Origin: a virus
Taxonomy: Duplodnaviria; Caudoviricetes
DNA: 64,000 nucleotides
Direction: 5' to 3' (one strand)
IMG/VR virus record: IMGVR_UViG_3300010344_000850
Coordinates: 1-64,000 of that record
Shown piece by piece: positions 1 through 8,965 of this stretch. The notes under the pieces were generated by a model. The model was not told the origin of the DNA, did no database searches, and saw only the letters and a list, made by a program, of their open reading frames with translations. The number at the start of each line of letters is the position of its first letter. The stretch's first letter is position 1. Made by a program: the position numbers and the translations under genes.

Positions 1-79
1 ATTTGAATATTTTTCTTGAAATAGATTTTTAGTAATTTACTCTGAAAAGTTTTAAGGTAAAAAATAGTTTAAAGTTATA

Positions 80-107
80 TTGACATTAGTCGATAAATTC
101 ATATAAT
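80..107 (+). promoter_or_regulatory. sigma70-type promoter
   Basis: TTGACA (80-85), 16 bp spacer, TATAAT (102-107). Confidence 0.75.
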
Positions 108-316
108 GATAATCAGTTCTTTGATAGTTCGGGCTTGTGAACGGCTAAAGGGAAGGCGGTCTAGTTTTACCGTATCGGCTAGAGGTCGGGCGGTTAGGTC
201 GTTAGTATCTGTAAACTTTCAACCCGAATAAGGTATAGGCGGTCTAGAGTAATTTTTTTCAACGGATTATAGACCGATAAGACCTAAAAAAATAACTATT
301 CAAAACAAACAAAAAA

Positions 317-859
317 ATGAGGGTAAAAAAAATGAAGACAATCACAAAGAAAAACACCGCCTCGAAAATTCAAACAAAGCTTTCCGAATTTTTGAACGGA
401 GTGAAAATCAGTCAAGGAATGAAGTTAGCCGAAGGTTCAAAGAAGGTTTTGAGTAGTATCAAAACTTTCAAAGGACATGAGGAAACGAAAGAAGCTCTTT
501 CCGATAGAGAACGGAAACTAGTTAGACCCGCCTCTAGTTATAAGGGAATGAGTTATGAGGCTTTTTTCAATTCCCTGAAAGCGAAGGGTGAACTGAAAGA
601 AGGAAAAATAGTAGATGTCCGACTTGTTTCCTATCTTGACGGAAAAATCCTCGGCGGTATTTCGGGAACCGGAGATGAAATACTTTCCGAGAAATTCGGA
701 TTAAGAGCGAAAAAACTTTTTGACGGTCTGAACAAAAAGGGAATAAAGTTTTATAATTCCCTAAAGACTGAAAAACAAAAAATTGATTTTCTCAAGAATC
801 CGAAAATTGAACACCTGACAAGCTCTAAGAAAGGGATTGTTAGGTTCAATAAAATCTAA
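317..859 (+). CDS. Lys-rich hypothetical early protein (start may be 332)
   Basis: 180-aa ORF between a promoter and a terminator; GAGG before ATG 332; no family recognised. Confidence 0.75.
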   Translation: MRVKKMKTITKKNTASKIQTKLSEFLNGVKISQGMKLAEGSKKVLSSIKTFKGHEETKEALSDRERKLVRPASSYKGMSYEAFFNSLKAKGELKEGKIVDVRLVSYLDGKILGGISGTGDEILSEKFGLRAKKLFDGLNKKGIKFYNSLKTEKQKIDFLKNPKIEHLTSSKKGIVRFNKI

Positions 860-876
860 CGACAACAAACAAAAGA

Positions 877-916
877 GCCGTTCCTAGAATTATCAGGAAC
901 GGTTTTTTTGTTTTTT
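877..916 (+). terminator. rho-independent terminator
   Basis: CCGTTCCT...AGGAACGG stem followed by a long T run, right after ORF 317-859. Confidence 0.8.
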
Positions 917-1169
917 CTAACATGATGGAAAATCAATTTTCAAATAGGAAAAAATCAATTGTGGAAAATCATAAAAAAATTGACAAAAAATCATGGCCCA
1001 ACGGATTTGAGATGTGTCAAAATGACACAGCCTGGTTTCCAGAGTTCTTTTTTTTTCTTCCCAGATTTAAAAAGGGTTTGATATCCACTATAGGGAGTTG
1101 CCCTCATATCTAAGTATATTATCCACTTTTGTTCCTGTTCCTATATGATAAAGAATCTTTTGCCGTAGC

Positions 1170-1198
1170 TTGACTTTCCACTGATTATAGCCGATAAT
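1170..1198 (+). promoter_or_regulatory. putative sigma70 promoter
   Basis: TTGACT, 17 bp, GATAAT upstream of SD GGGAGG and ATG 1226. Confidence 0.5.
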
Positions 1199-1225
1199 AC
1201 TATTACAGAAAGGGAGGGACTAAAA

Positions 1226-1582
1226 ATGAAAACAATAACGAGTTTGGTAGTAATGATGTTAGTAATGAGTAGTACGGTTTTTGGACAAACGATAGATGTA
1301 GAGAAGTTAGCCAACGCTATTTATTTAGCTGAAGGAGGCAGTCGGGCTGTAAAGCCTTATGGTATCCTAAAGGATTATTGTAAGAAAGGCGACCCTGATG
1401 GACAGTGCCGAAAGGGCTGTATTCAGACTATTAATAAACGATATAAGATGTGGGACAAACAGGGAGACTTTATTTCTTATCTATCAAAGAGTTATTGCCC
1501 GATAGGGGCTGAGAATGACCCTAAAGGATTGAATAAAAACTGGGTAAAGAATGTGAGTCACTTCTACAACAAGGAGGTGTAA
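1226..1582 (+). CDS. secreted lysozyme-fold / lytic transglycosylase-like protein
   Basis: N-terminal signal peptide; LANAIYLAEGG (catalytic Glu-like), PYGI, and YCPIGAENDPKGLNKNW motif seen in lysozyme-like peptidoglycan hydrolases. Confidence 0.6.
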   Translation: MKTITSLVVMMLVMSSTVFGQTIDVEKLANAIYLAEGGSRAVKPYGILKDYCKKGDPDGQCRKGCIQTINKRYKMWDKQGDFISYLSKSYCPIGAENDPKGLNKNWVKNVSHFYNKEV

Positions 1583-1583
1583 A

Positions 1584-1844
1584 ATGGGGCGGATAAAGGA
1601 ACTGGCTATTGACCAACTCAATCAAGAAAGACAGTATAATGTAACAGTACTGGGGGAGTTTAGGTTCAGTTCGGAACATGAGAGTTCTGCTTTTCGGGGT
1701 AGACTCCTAGAGTTTATCCAGCACGAAAAGAATATCTATATCCTTGAGGAAGATATGGATATTACAATGAGAACCCGCGAATATAAAAAGAGTTACGGAA
1801 ACATTGTGGAGGTGCCTTCAAAACAAACTATGATGAGAATTTAA
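1584..1844 (+). CDS. hypothetical protein
   Basis: SD AAGGAGGT, coupled to the upstream gene, followed by a terminator. Confidence 0.7.
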   Translation: MGRIKELAIDQLNQERQYNVTVLGEFRFSSEHESSAFRGRLLEFIQHEKNIYILEEDMDITMRTREYKKSYGNIVEVPSKQTMMRI

Positions 1845-1849
1845 GAGAT

Positions 1850-2008
1850 TAAGCGGAGATTAGTGGTATTATTCTCCGCTTTTTCTTTGTCTACAAGAAT
1901 CTCCAGACTTTCGTCTGGATTTGATATGCGTTTTTATGATTGCCTCTCATATTTCTCTTGATTATTCCACATATTATTATTCTTCATATTTAAGTCTTTT
2001 CCAGAATA
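1850..2008 (-). ncRNA. candidate small RNA / micro-peptide transcript
   Basis: Lies between the minus-strand consensus promoter and the terminator hairpin; contains a TCCAGAC-GAAA-GTCTGGA hairpin; only 17-19 codon ORFs. Confidence 0.4.
1851..1890. terminator. rho-independent terminator, possibly bidirectional
   Basis: AAGCGGAGA...TCTCCGCTT stem followed by TTTTCTTT. Confidence 0.75.
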
Positions 2009-2014
2009 ACGTGT

Positions 2015-2043
2015 ATTATATCATAATTATGCTCATTTGTCAA
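2015..2043 (-). promoter_or_regulatory. consensus extended -10 sigma70 promoter on the minus strand
   Basis: Reverse complement reads TTGACA-aatgagcataattaTGa-TATAAT (17 bp spacer, TGn extension). Confidence 0.75.
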
Positions 2044-2463
2044 GAACTATTTACTGGATAATAAAAAAATAGTTACTAGGAGAAAATCACATAAAAAAAC
2101 TAGTTTGTATAGTGCGAATAATTAAAAATAAAATATGATAAAAAGTTATATTAGTGGTAAAAAACAGAGAAAAACCCTAAAATACCCACTTTTTAATAGA
2201 AAAATGGTTAATGGAGAGAGATAATAATAACCTATTAAATAGTAGTAGTATATATCCAGAACTCCGATGGATTTCATATCTGGAGAGACGTTTTGCCCTG
2301 TTGTATAGGAGAGAAACCAATTGTTTTTCTGGTCTATATATTGATGTATGTTTACCTAAAATCAACCTATAATACTCTTAATAATAACCTACTTCTGTAT
2401 AGCTGGAGGATTATTTCTTTAGGATATATACTACGGATTCTTTTAACTATCTTATGGAAGTAC

Positions 2464-2492
2464 TTGACACGAAAGAGTGGTTATTATAGAAT
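2464..2492 (+). promoter_or_regulatory. sigma70-type early promoter
   Basis: TTGACA, 17 bp, TAGAAT. Confidence 0.7.
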
Positions 2493-2544
2493 GTGTCATT
2501 ACGATACACTTAACGATAACCTTTACGATAAGGAGAAGGGGAAA

Positions 2545-2697
2545 ATGGGTAGACAGGACAATGATAATAGTATTCAGGAAGCGGAAGAAGCGATTGTTTT
2601 AGATAAGGTGTACTGTGGGAAATGTTTGTCGGTATTAAGTAGTTCTGAACTGGACGAGAATAGGTGTGGTAGCTGTAAGAGGGTTCTGTTTAAGTAA
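2545..2697 (+). CDS. small Zn-ribbon protein
   Basis: True start probably ATG 2545 (SD AAGGAG/GGGG, downstream of the promoter); CGKC...CGSC motif. Confidence 0.6.
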   Translation: MGRQDNDNSIQEAEEAIVLDKVYCGKCLSVLSSSELDENRCGSCKRVLFK

Positions 2698-2708
2698 ACA
2701 AACAAAAA

Positions 2709-2984
2709 ATGGGGGAGGGTACTAAGATGGTAGCTTTTAATGACAGAAACGAACAAAGTTCGACGGATAGGGCGATGGAGAAGATACACGAAGAAATTAA
2801 GGAATTGGGAACGGAACGTATGGAACAGATAGTGAATTCTGTTCTGGTTCTTGTTCAGGAACAGATTGAAAGTGCTCAGGGATACTTTCACGACGAACTA
2901 CAAACGGAGATGATTGATGGAATGGACGCTGAGACGCTGAATGACTTGATATGGGGGGTACAGGAGGAGTTTTTTGGAATCTAG
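2709..2984 (+). CDS. hypothetical acidic protein
   Basis: ORF in an early operon with SD-like GGAGG. Confidence 0.65.
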   Translation: MGEGTKMVAFNDRNEQSSTDRAMEKIHEEIKELGTERMEQIVNSVLVLVQEQIESAQGYFHDELQTEMIDGMDAETLNDLIWGVQEEFFGI

Positions 2985-3005
2985 ATAAAATAAGGAGAAA
3001 CGAAA

Positions 3006-3194
3006 ATGGAAACACGAAGTTTTAGAGTAAGAGAGGACAGTAAGGGTCAACTTTGGATTGAAACGAAGGACGAGAAATTGGTTCTTCATGTGGTTAATCT
3101 TGATTTAACAAAAAGATTGACTATATGGGATAATACGGACGGAGGGAAAACTGCTCTTCGGACACTAAATTTAAAAGGCAATAGAGAATTTTAA
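3006..3194 (+). CDS. hypothetical protein
   Basis: SD AAGGAG before ATG. Confidence 0.65.
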   Translation: METRSFRVREDSKGQLWIETKDEKLVLHVVNLDLTKRLTIWDNTDGGKTALRTLNLKGNREF

Positions 3195-3221
3195 CGAACC
3201 ACTAACTGAAAGGATAGCTAT

Positions 3222-3533
3222 ATGTTCACTCAGACAAAGCACAATCTCTCTTACGGAGAGGTAACGTTGGACTACGAGGCGTTGAAGAAGATAGTGGAGG
3301 CTTCGGTTTACTCTACTACGGTGAAGATGGAGGAGAAGCTACAGACGATTCAAAGGGCAATCTCTCTCAAGAATAAGGATATCCTCCTCTCTCTTGAAGC
3401 GGAGAGGGTGGAGAATTTGATTTGGTGGCTTCAGGTAGGAGCGGAGACAGTCGAAGCCTTACGAGGAATGGAGACGAGAGGGGAAGTAAGGTGGGTAAAT
3501 TTACCTAAAAGAAAGGACGATAAGAATGGATAA
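3222..3533 (+). CDS. hypothetical protein
   Basis: SD AAGGA; operon context. Confidence 0.65.
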   Translation: MFTQTKHNLSYGEVTLDYEALKKIVEASVYSTTVKMEEKLQTIQRAISLKNKDILLSLEAERVENLIWWLQVGAETVEALRGMETRGEVRWVNLPKRKDDKNG

Positions 3534-3726
3534 AAACGAACAGCTGGCTATATATGCTCAAAGAATTATGAATTTGGAAAAGTCTCTAAGGAGATGTATT
3601 GCTACATTAGGATATATTCTTCCTTATCATGAGAAGTTAGATTTGAGGAATGGAGTTAAAGAATCGGTAACAACATGCACAATCAAAATAGAGGTTTCCA
3701 AAAGAAACCTAGTTACTATATCTTGA
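3526..3726 (+). CDS. hypothetical protein
   Basis: Overlaps the upstream stop; operon context. Confidence 0.55.
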   Translation: MDKNEQLAIYAQRIMNLEKSLRRCIATLGYILPYHEKLDLRNGVKESVTTCTIKIEVSKRNLVTIS

Positions 3727-3750
3727 CAAAAGAAGTGCCTTGAGTATAAT
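3723..3750 (+). promoter_or_regulatory. sigma70-type early promoter
   Basis: TTGACA, 16 bp (contains GAAGTG), TATAAT. Confidence 0.7.
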
Positions 3751-3805
3751 AGGATTGTAACAAATTGACACACTCTAACTACAATAACCAAAAGGAGATA
3801 CAAAC

Positions 3806-3982
3806 ATGAGTTCCAAAGGGCTAATCGAAATCACCGAGTATAAAGGTAATCCAATCATCAGTCTCAAGAGTTCTGAGGACGATAAGTTTCCATTTTCCTT
3901 CGGACTAACGAAAGCGAAGAAGATATTGGCTAACGTAAAAGCTATCAAGGACTTCGTTTCCTCCAACGAAGCTGAAGTGTAA
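3806..3982 (+). CDS. 58-aa protein missing from the ORF track, possibly PC4-like nucleic-acid binder
   Basis: SD AAGGAG; MSSKGLIEITEYKGNPIISLKSSEDDKFPFSFGLTKAKKILANVKAIKDFV...; beta-rich N-terminus plus C-terminal helix; fold assignment tentative. Confidence 0.65.
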   Translation: MSSKGLIEITEYKGNPIISLKSSEDDKFPFSFGLTKAKKILANVKAIKDFVSSNEAEV

Positions 3983-4069
3983 CTATGAATCCTAATCTTA
4001 TTCCAGCAATGATTTTTTTCATTATTGGAGTATTTCTTCTACTGAAAGAAATTTAAAAAAGGAGGAAAA

Positions 4070-4273
4070 ATGTGCGAAGGAAACTGTAAGTGCAAGAGAA
4101 TGAAAGACGAGGGACTGGAGACTCAGCAGAGGGAGACTCAACTCATCAATGAAGCTCTCGAACGCATTCAGTCTCTCCCTATCTATATCCATCAGTCGGG
4201 GGCAATCTATGTTCGTTCAGAGTTTGATAAACAGGTGTTGTTGGAGTTGATTCATGGAAGGAGGACGGCTTGA
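4070..4273 (+). CDS. hypothetical protein
   Basis: Strong SD AAGGAGG. Confidence 0.65.
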   Translation: MCEGNCKCKRMKDEGLETQQRETQLINEALERIQSLPIYIHQSGAIYVRSEFDKQVLLELIHGRRTA

Positions 4274-4409
4274 GAGACTATTGGCTCCCTTCGAAGAAGT
4301 ATCAATTAACGGAGTGGCTCTCTACTCATTTCAAGCGACCTAAAAAATACTTTGAAAGGTGGTCGAAGAAGAGATGTTACGCTGTCTATTTTAAGGCACA
4401 AGAATCCTG

Positions 4410-4438
4410 TAGACAGGGGGAAGTGGTAGGAGTATAAT
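4410..4438 (+). promoter_or_regulatory. sigma70-type early promoter
   Basis: TAGACA, 17 bp (contains GAAGTG), TATAAT. Confidence 0.6.
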
Positions 4439-4486
4439 TTTGACAGTAGTAAACAAACAACAACACAACCGAAAGGGAAAACCAGT

Positions 4487-4654
4487 ATGACAAACATTAT
4501 TGTAGTCGAATCTAAGAACATTAAGAACAATGGGATGAGGGCGGTGAATGATGCTATGAGGGAAGGACTTCGGGTAACTAAGCCTTTTAGAGTTCACCGT
4601 AAACGAGTGAAGGGCAGTGAGTTCTTCGTTTTTGAACAGACACTACAGAACTAA
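4487..4654 (+). CDS. 55-aa hypothetical protein missing from the ORF track
   Basis: SD GAAAGGG, MTNIIVVESKNIKNNG...; lies between a promoter and a hairpin. Confidence 0.55.
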   Translation: MTNIIVVESKNIKNNGMRAVNDAMREGLRVTKPFRVHRKRVKGSEFFVFEQTLQN

Positions 4655-4665
4655 AAGTTGCCCGT

Positions 4666-4725
4666 AAGAAGAATGGAAGAAAGGGACGAGCCGTTGGGCG
4701 TTGACTCCCTTTCTTCTATTTCTCT
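4666..4725 (+). terminator. long hairpin / terminator
   Basis: GGAAGAAAGGGA...TCCCTTTCTTCT inverted repeat. Confidence 0.55.
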
Positions 4726-4735
4726 AACTAAGGTC

Positions 4736-4763
4736 TTGATAACCATTAAGCTATCAGTATAAT
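4736..4763 (+). promoter_or_regulatory. sigma70-type early promoter
   Basis: TTGATA, 16 bp, TATAAT. Confidence 0.55.
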
Positions 4764-4804
4764 AGACCTATCTTCAAACAGTTTCACAACCGAAAGGAAC
4801 AGAT

Positions 4805-5377
4805 ATGGGAGTTTTAGTCAGAGGCAAAATGAAACGATACAAAACAAAAACCGAAGAACAAGTCACCATCGCTATCGACGGAAAAGTGATTAGGGGAATG
4901 GAGGAGGAGGCACATAAGGAGTGGGTTCCGAAGAAAACAATCGAACTCTACGAAGGCTTTAAGCCAAAAGTCAAAGAAACCATTCACAAAGACGGTTCTA
5001 TCTCTATCGAGTTAGTCGGCTCTTCCAAACTCACTCAACTCGACAAAGAGTCCATCGCTCGTATCATCACCAAGTCAGGAAAGATTCCCGATATGAACAA
5101 GCCTAGAGGGTATTGGGGCTTCAAGTATTTCAAGGGAAGGGGAGATGGCTCTGGATTTGAGAATATGCTTGAGCCTAAGCCCGAACCCGAAACCTTTAAG
5201 TTGCCTACATATACGAAGGGCGACACAATCTCCATTCGCGGGGTCGATTATATCATTCAAAGTAAAAGTTCCACAGATGTAAAACTAAAGAGTCAGAGTG
5301 GACTTAGGAGTAAACTTAAAGTCAAAGGATTGAATAAACTAATCAAGAGTGGAAAAGCGTACAAACTGATTAAGTAA
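4805..5377 (+). CDS. hypothetical basic protein
   Basis: 190-aa ORF with SD GAAAGGA. Confidence 0.75.
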   Translation: MGVLVRGKMKRYKTKTEEQVTIAIDGKVIRGMEEEAHKEWVPKKTIELYEGFKPKVKETIHKDGSISIELVGSSKLTQLDKESIARIITKSGKIPDMNKPRGYWGFKYFKGRGDGSGFENMLEPKPEPETFKLPTYTKGDTISIRGVDYIIQSKSSTDVKLKSQSGLRSKLKVKGLNKLIKSGKAYKLIK

Positions 5378-5390
5378 AAGGAGAAAGAAG

Positions 5391-6119
5391 ATGCTTATAA
5401 CAAACTATGTAGCCGAAGATGGAACAGAGATTGTAATAAATGAGTGGTATGACTTTAAAAAAGTTTGTAAGTATATAAGCGATAAGTGGGAAGTAGAGAT
5501 GACGGATGGAGATTTAGGTCTTACAATTGTGAAAGGGATTGTTTATCAAGAATCTCAAGTTCCTCGTCGCTTTTATCTTCTTCATAACAATCCGTCTAAA
5601 TCTGGAGGATATCCTAGGTTCGCTCCTGAGGGATTCATGAGAAAATATAATAAATCGTATTCGTGGATTTTAATGGATGAAGCCCTAAAAATCAAAGTGT
5701 TGGATTTTGGTACACCTCCTATGACAGAAACAGAAAAGTTTAAGAAAGAGGTGGAGACTATGATTAATGCTTCTCCCTCCGACCCTCGTTTATTCTTCCA
5801 TGAAATTGAGGACAAAAGAAATAGTCTCCTCTCGGCACTAGCCGATAGAATGTCAAAAGATTTACAGGCTTTTGAGAACCTGCTAATGACGAAGGATTTT
5901 GAAGAAGAACGAGGAGAGCCTTGGGTTCGAAATGGAGCGATAACGTGGAAATTCGGAAGGCTAGGGTGGGAGATGACAGCTACACCTCCTCAGTTACAGA
6001 AATTACAAGGATGGTTAAAAGATAAGAACTATAAAACAATGAAGGATATTATCAAAGAAACAGTGAAAGTATTACAATGGAGGCAAGAAAATGACAGAAT
6101 TAGAACGGAACATTTCTAA
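5391..6119 (+). CDS. hypothetical protein
   Basis: 242-aa ORF with SD AAGGAG. Confidence 0.75.
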   Translation: MLITNYVAEDGTEIVINEWYDFKKVCKYISDKWEVEMTDGDLGLTIVKGIVYQESQVPRRFYLLHNNPSKSGGYPRFAPEGFMRKYNKSYSWILMDEALKIKVLDFGTPPMTETEKFKKEVETMINASPSDPRLFFHEIEDKRNSLLSALADRMSKDLQAFENLLMTKDFEEERGEPWVRNGAITWKFGRLGWEMTATPPQLQKLQGWLKDKNYKTMKDIIKETVKVLQWRQENDRIRTEHF

Positions 6120-6276
6120 AGCCCACCTCATCAATCGTATCAAAAGTTATAAGAGTCTGGGAAAGAGTGATACGGTGGCTTGCTGTTTAACGGCTAATGA
6201 ACACAATATGAAACGAGAGGACTTGGAGACGCTGTGGATTGAGTATCAAGAGTTGTGGGAAGGCGAGAGACTATAA
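6091..6276 (+). CDS. hypothetical protein
   Basis: SD GGAGG, overlaps the upstream gene. Confidence 0.55.
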   Translation: MTELERNISKAHLINRIKSYKSLGKSDTVACCLTANEHNMKREDLETLWIEYQELWEGERL

Positions 6277-6284
6277 GATTTCTT

Positions 6285-6313
6285 TTGACAAAACGAAGTG
6301 CTCCTTGTAGTAT
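6285..6313 (+). promoter_or_regulatory. putative sigma70 promoter
   Basis: TTGACA, 17 bp (contains GAAGTG), TAGTAT. Confidence 0.55.
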
Positions 6314-6355
6314 AGAGGGGTAGTTAAGTATCAACCCTATATCGGAGGTAGAAAG

Positions 6356-7684
6356 ATGCCCGAAGAGACACAAGATGTTCAATTAGTAGAGTGTCATTGT
6401 TGTGGAATAGACGTGAGAGAGGAAAGTGCGAAAGCGGTTGAAGGGGAATATGTTTGTGAACTCTGCTACCCGATTAAAACGGTAGAGTGCTTTGAGTGTA
6501 GTGAGCGTGTTCTAATTATTAATACTGAAAGAATAGCTAATGGGAAAAGAGTCTGCAAAGACTGTATTGACGAAAACTATACTCTCTGTAGACACTGCGA
6601 GGAATACTATCACAATGACGAGATTCTCTATGTGGAGAGTTGCGATGTTAGTGTTTGCGATAACTGTTACGGAGACAGATACGGAACTTGTGAGTGTGGT
6701 TATCAGGACGACCAAAGCAATTTAGTTTATTTTGACGGAAGGTATTATTGCGACAGATGTAGGAGTGAGTATTTAGTGATATGCTATCACTGTAATGAAT
6801 ATGAGAATGCAGAGGATTGCTACATGGATGAACATTCGGGGAATTATTATTGCCGTAGATGTTACGATAGGGGCTATCATCAATCCAATGAGTCTCTACA
6901 CGATTATAATTACCAGCCCGACCTAAAGTTCCATCACCATCCTCTTGAGAACGACAGAAAGAGTAATAAACTATACATGGGTTTTGAATTGGAAGTAGAA
7001 GTCGAAACCCGAACTCAGTCCATCGACGACATTGTTAAATTAGTAGAAGACCACATGAAATCAGAAGGTAAAGAAAAGAAACTTTACTTCAAACGGGATG
7101 GTTCCCTGACCAACGGATTTGAAATTGTTTCTCATCCTATGACCTTACGATGGATTAAGAAGGAGTTGAAACTGAATAAGGTTTTGGATATCCTAAGAAA
7201 TAAGAAGGTATCTAGCTATGAGAAAGGTACTTGTGGTTTTCATGTCCACCTCGCTAAGAACTTCTTTGAGGGTACGGAGGTGGATAAATTACGATTATTC
7301 ATCAACAATAACTATCAAGCCATATATGATTTCTCTAAACGAAAGACTACAGGAGGCCATTACTTCAAAAAAGAGGAATATGATTTAAATGCTTTCAAGA
7401 GATGTTTCAATCAAGAAGGAAGGTATTGGGCTTATAACCTGAATACTCATAAGGAAACAGTCGAGATACGCATCTTCCGAGGAACTCTATCATATAAGAG
7501 ACTTATAGCTTCTATGGAATTATGCGACGCTATGGCTCATTATATTAAGGGAATCTCCTTCATGAAAGCAGGGAATCCTAAGGACTCGTGGAAGGATTTC
7601 TTAGCTTGGTGTAAGAGGGAGAATAGGTATCACAAGTTTCTTATGCACATTCAATATCAACCATCAAAACAAACAACAGTTTAA
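6356..7684 (+). CDS. putative amidoligase (COOH-NH2 ligase) with N-terminal tandem CxxC zinc-ribbon repeats
   Basis: GFELEVE, KRDGSL..GFEIVSHP, CGFHVH, TVEIRIFRGT motifs; about ten CxxC/CxC motifs in the first 175 aa. Confidence 0.85.
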   Translation: MPEETQDVQLVECHCCGIDVREESAKAVEGEYVCELCYPIKTVECFECSERVLIINTERIANGKRVCKDCIDENYTLCRHCEEYYHNDEILYVESCDVSVCDNCYGDRYGTCECGYQDDQSNLVYFDGRYYCDRCRSEYLVICYHCNEYENAEDCYMDEHSGNYYCRRCYDRGYHQSNESLHDYNYQPDLKFHHHPLENDRKSNKLYMGFELEVEVETRTQSIDDIVKLVEDHMKSEGKEKKLYFKRDGSLTNGFEIVSHPMTLRWIKKELKLNKVLDILRNKKVSSYEKGTCGFHVHLAKNFFEGTEVDKLRLFINNNYQAIYDFSKRKTTGGHYFKKEEYDLNAFKRCFNQEGRYWAYNLNTHKETVEIRIFRGTLSYKRLIASMELCDAMAHYIKGISFMKAGNPKDSWKDFLAWCKRENRYHKFLMHIQYQPSKQTTV

Positions 7685-7721
7685 GTTTAAAACAACCACA
7701 ATAGAGAGGAAATAAAATAAG

Positions 7722-8768
7722 ATGTGTATTATTATCTGTAAGCCAACAGGCGTAGCGTTACCGAAGGATGAGTGGATTACAAACTCGGAGTCAAATAACG
7801 GAGATGGAATTGGAATCTGTCTCAAGAAAGCTGGAGGAAAAAGAGTATTTATTAAGAAAGATTTTAAGAACGGATTAGAAACGATAGCGTGGATTAAGGC
7901 GAATGTGGTTCCCGAAGATGAACTGATTGTTCATTTTAGGTTGGCTACAAGCGGTAAGAAGGACGAAGGCAACCGCCATCCTTTCCCTATTACTCTGAAT
8001 AAGAAGTTGATGAGGAAGGTGGAGGTTACTTGTAAGAGAGCCGTAGCCCATAACGGCGTTATGACACAGTATAGTGGTCATAAAAAGTACAGTGATACTC
8101 AGAAATTTACGATGGATATGTTAGCTAGACCCGCCATTAGAGAGAATTTGTGGGATGAGGGAATACAATGTCTATTGAAGGAGTATATCGGAACGGATAA
8201 GTTGGCTATCCTTGATTATGAAAAAGGATTGTTGCTTATCGGGGATTTTGAAAAAGACGAAGGCTGTTATTTTTCGAATGATGGATATAAGAGGGTGAGA
8301 TTTACAGGAACAGTAGGTTTTTGCTCTAGAACTGAATATCTTGTGAATCGTAGACCTTATCATACTCGATATTATCAGAATGGATTTTATCATGATGAAT
8401 ATGGATATAACAGAGACGCTTGGGAAACTCCTGTTAGGAATGAAGTAGAGGACACTAAAATAGAAGTAGAAAGAACAAGTATAATGGAAGCGTGTGACTC
8501 CTGTGGAGGATGGAGTCATGTTAAGATGTGTAGTTTAGAAGATAATAATGTAATGTATCTATGTAAGAAGTGCCGTAAGATAGTGAGGCGACATGGTGTC
8601 GAAGGTCTTTCTAATCAATCAGAGAGAATATGGAGGAGGTGTGATGCGTGTAATGAATTCTATCCGCCTACTGAATTGAGGAAAGACGGAGAGAATGAGT
8701 ATTGCGAGGGGTGTGTAATGAATTTGAAAGAGTATGCCAAGCCTGATATTGATAAGGGGTTAAAATAA
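7722..8768 (+). CDS. class II (Ntn) glutamine amidotransferase with C-terminal CxxC motifs
   Basis: Cys2 nucleophile (MCII), N.DG.G, HFRLATSG, HPF, HNG, SDT motifs. Confidence 0.88.
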   Translation: MCIIICKPTGVALPKDEWITNSESNNGDGIGICLKKAGGKRVFIKKDFKNGLETIAWIKANVVPEDELIVHFRLATSGKKDEGNRHPFPITLNKKLMRKVEVTCKRAVAHNGVMTQYSGHKKYSDTQKFTMDMLARPAIRENLWDEGIQCLLKEYIGTDKLAILDYEKGLLLIGDFEKDEGCYFSNDGYKRVRFTGTVGFCSRTEYLVNRRPYHTRYYQNGFYHDEYGYNRDAWETPVRNEVEDTKIEVERTSIMEACDSCGGWSHVKMCSLEDNNVMYLCKKCRKIVRRHGVEGLSNQSERIWRRCDACNEFYPPTELRKDGENEYCEGCVMNLKEYAKPDIDKGLK

Positions 8769-8791
8769 ATCATTCAGGAGCCATCTTAATC

Positions 8792-8965
8792 ATGTCTACC
8801 ATATCTAAAGAAGATTTTTACAACTTAGACCATACTGATAGGAGAAAAATTGTTCATAAACAAATCTGTCCTTATTGTAACGGTCGTATAGTATGTATTC
8901 CAATCACGGAATATAACTACAAACTAGAATGTGAGGATTGCGAAGAAATCTTTGAGGAGGAATAA
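8792..8965 (+). CDS. small Zn-ribbon protein missing from the ORF track
   Basis: SD AGGAG; CPYC...CEDC. Confidence 0.55.
   Translation: MSTISKEDFYNLDHTDRRKIVHKQICPYCNGRIVCIPITEYNYKLECEDCEEIFEEE

Noticed and set aside
922-1113. 63-aa ORF
   Set aside because: No SD, low-complexity A/T runs, lies between a terminator and the next promoter; probably non-coding.
2160-2210. Possible third copy of the phased-tract element (AAAAACCCTAAAATACCCACTTTTT)
   Set aside because: Lacks the 16-bp core and collinear blocks; the similarity could be compositional.
2293-2544. 5' extension of ORF 2293-2697
   Set aside because: It spans an AT-rich non-coding tract and the promoter at 2464; the SD supports a start at 2545.
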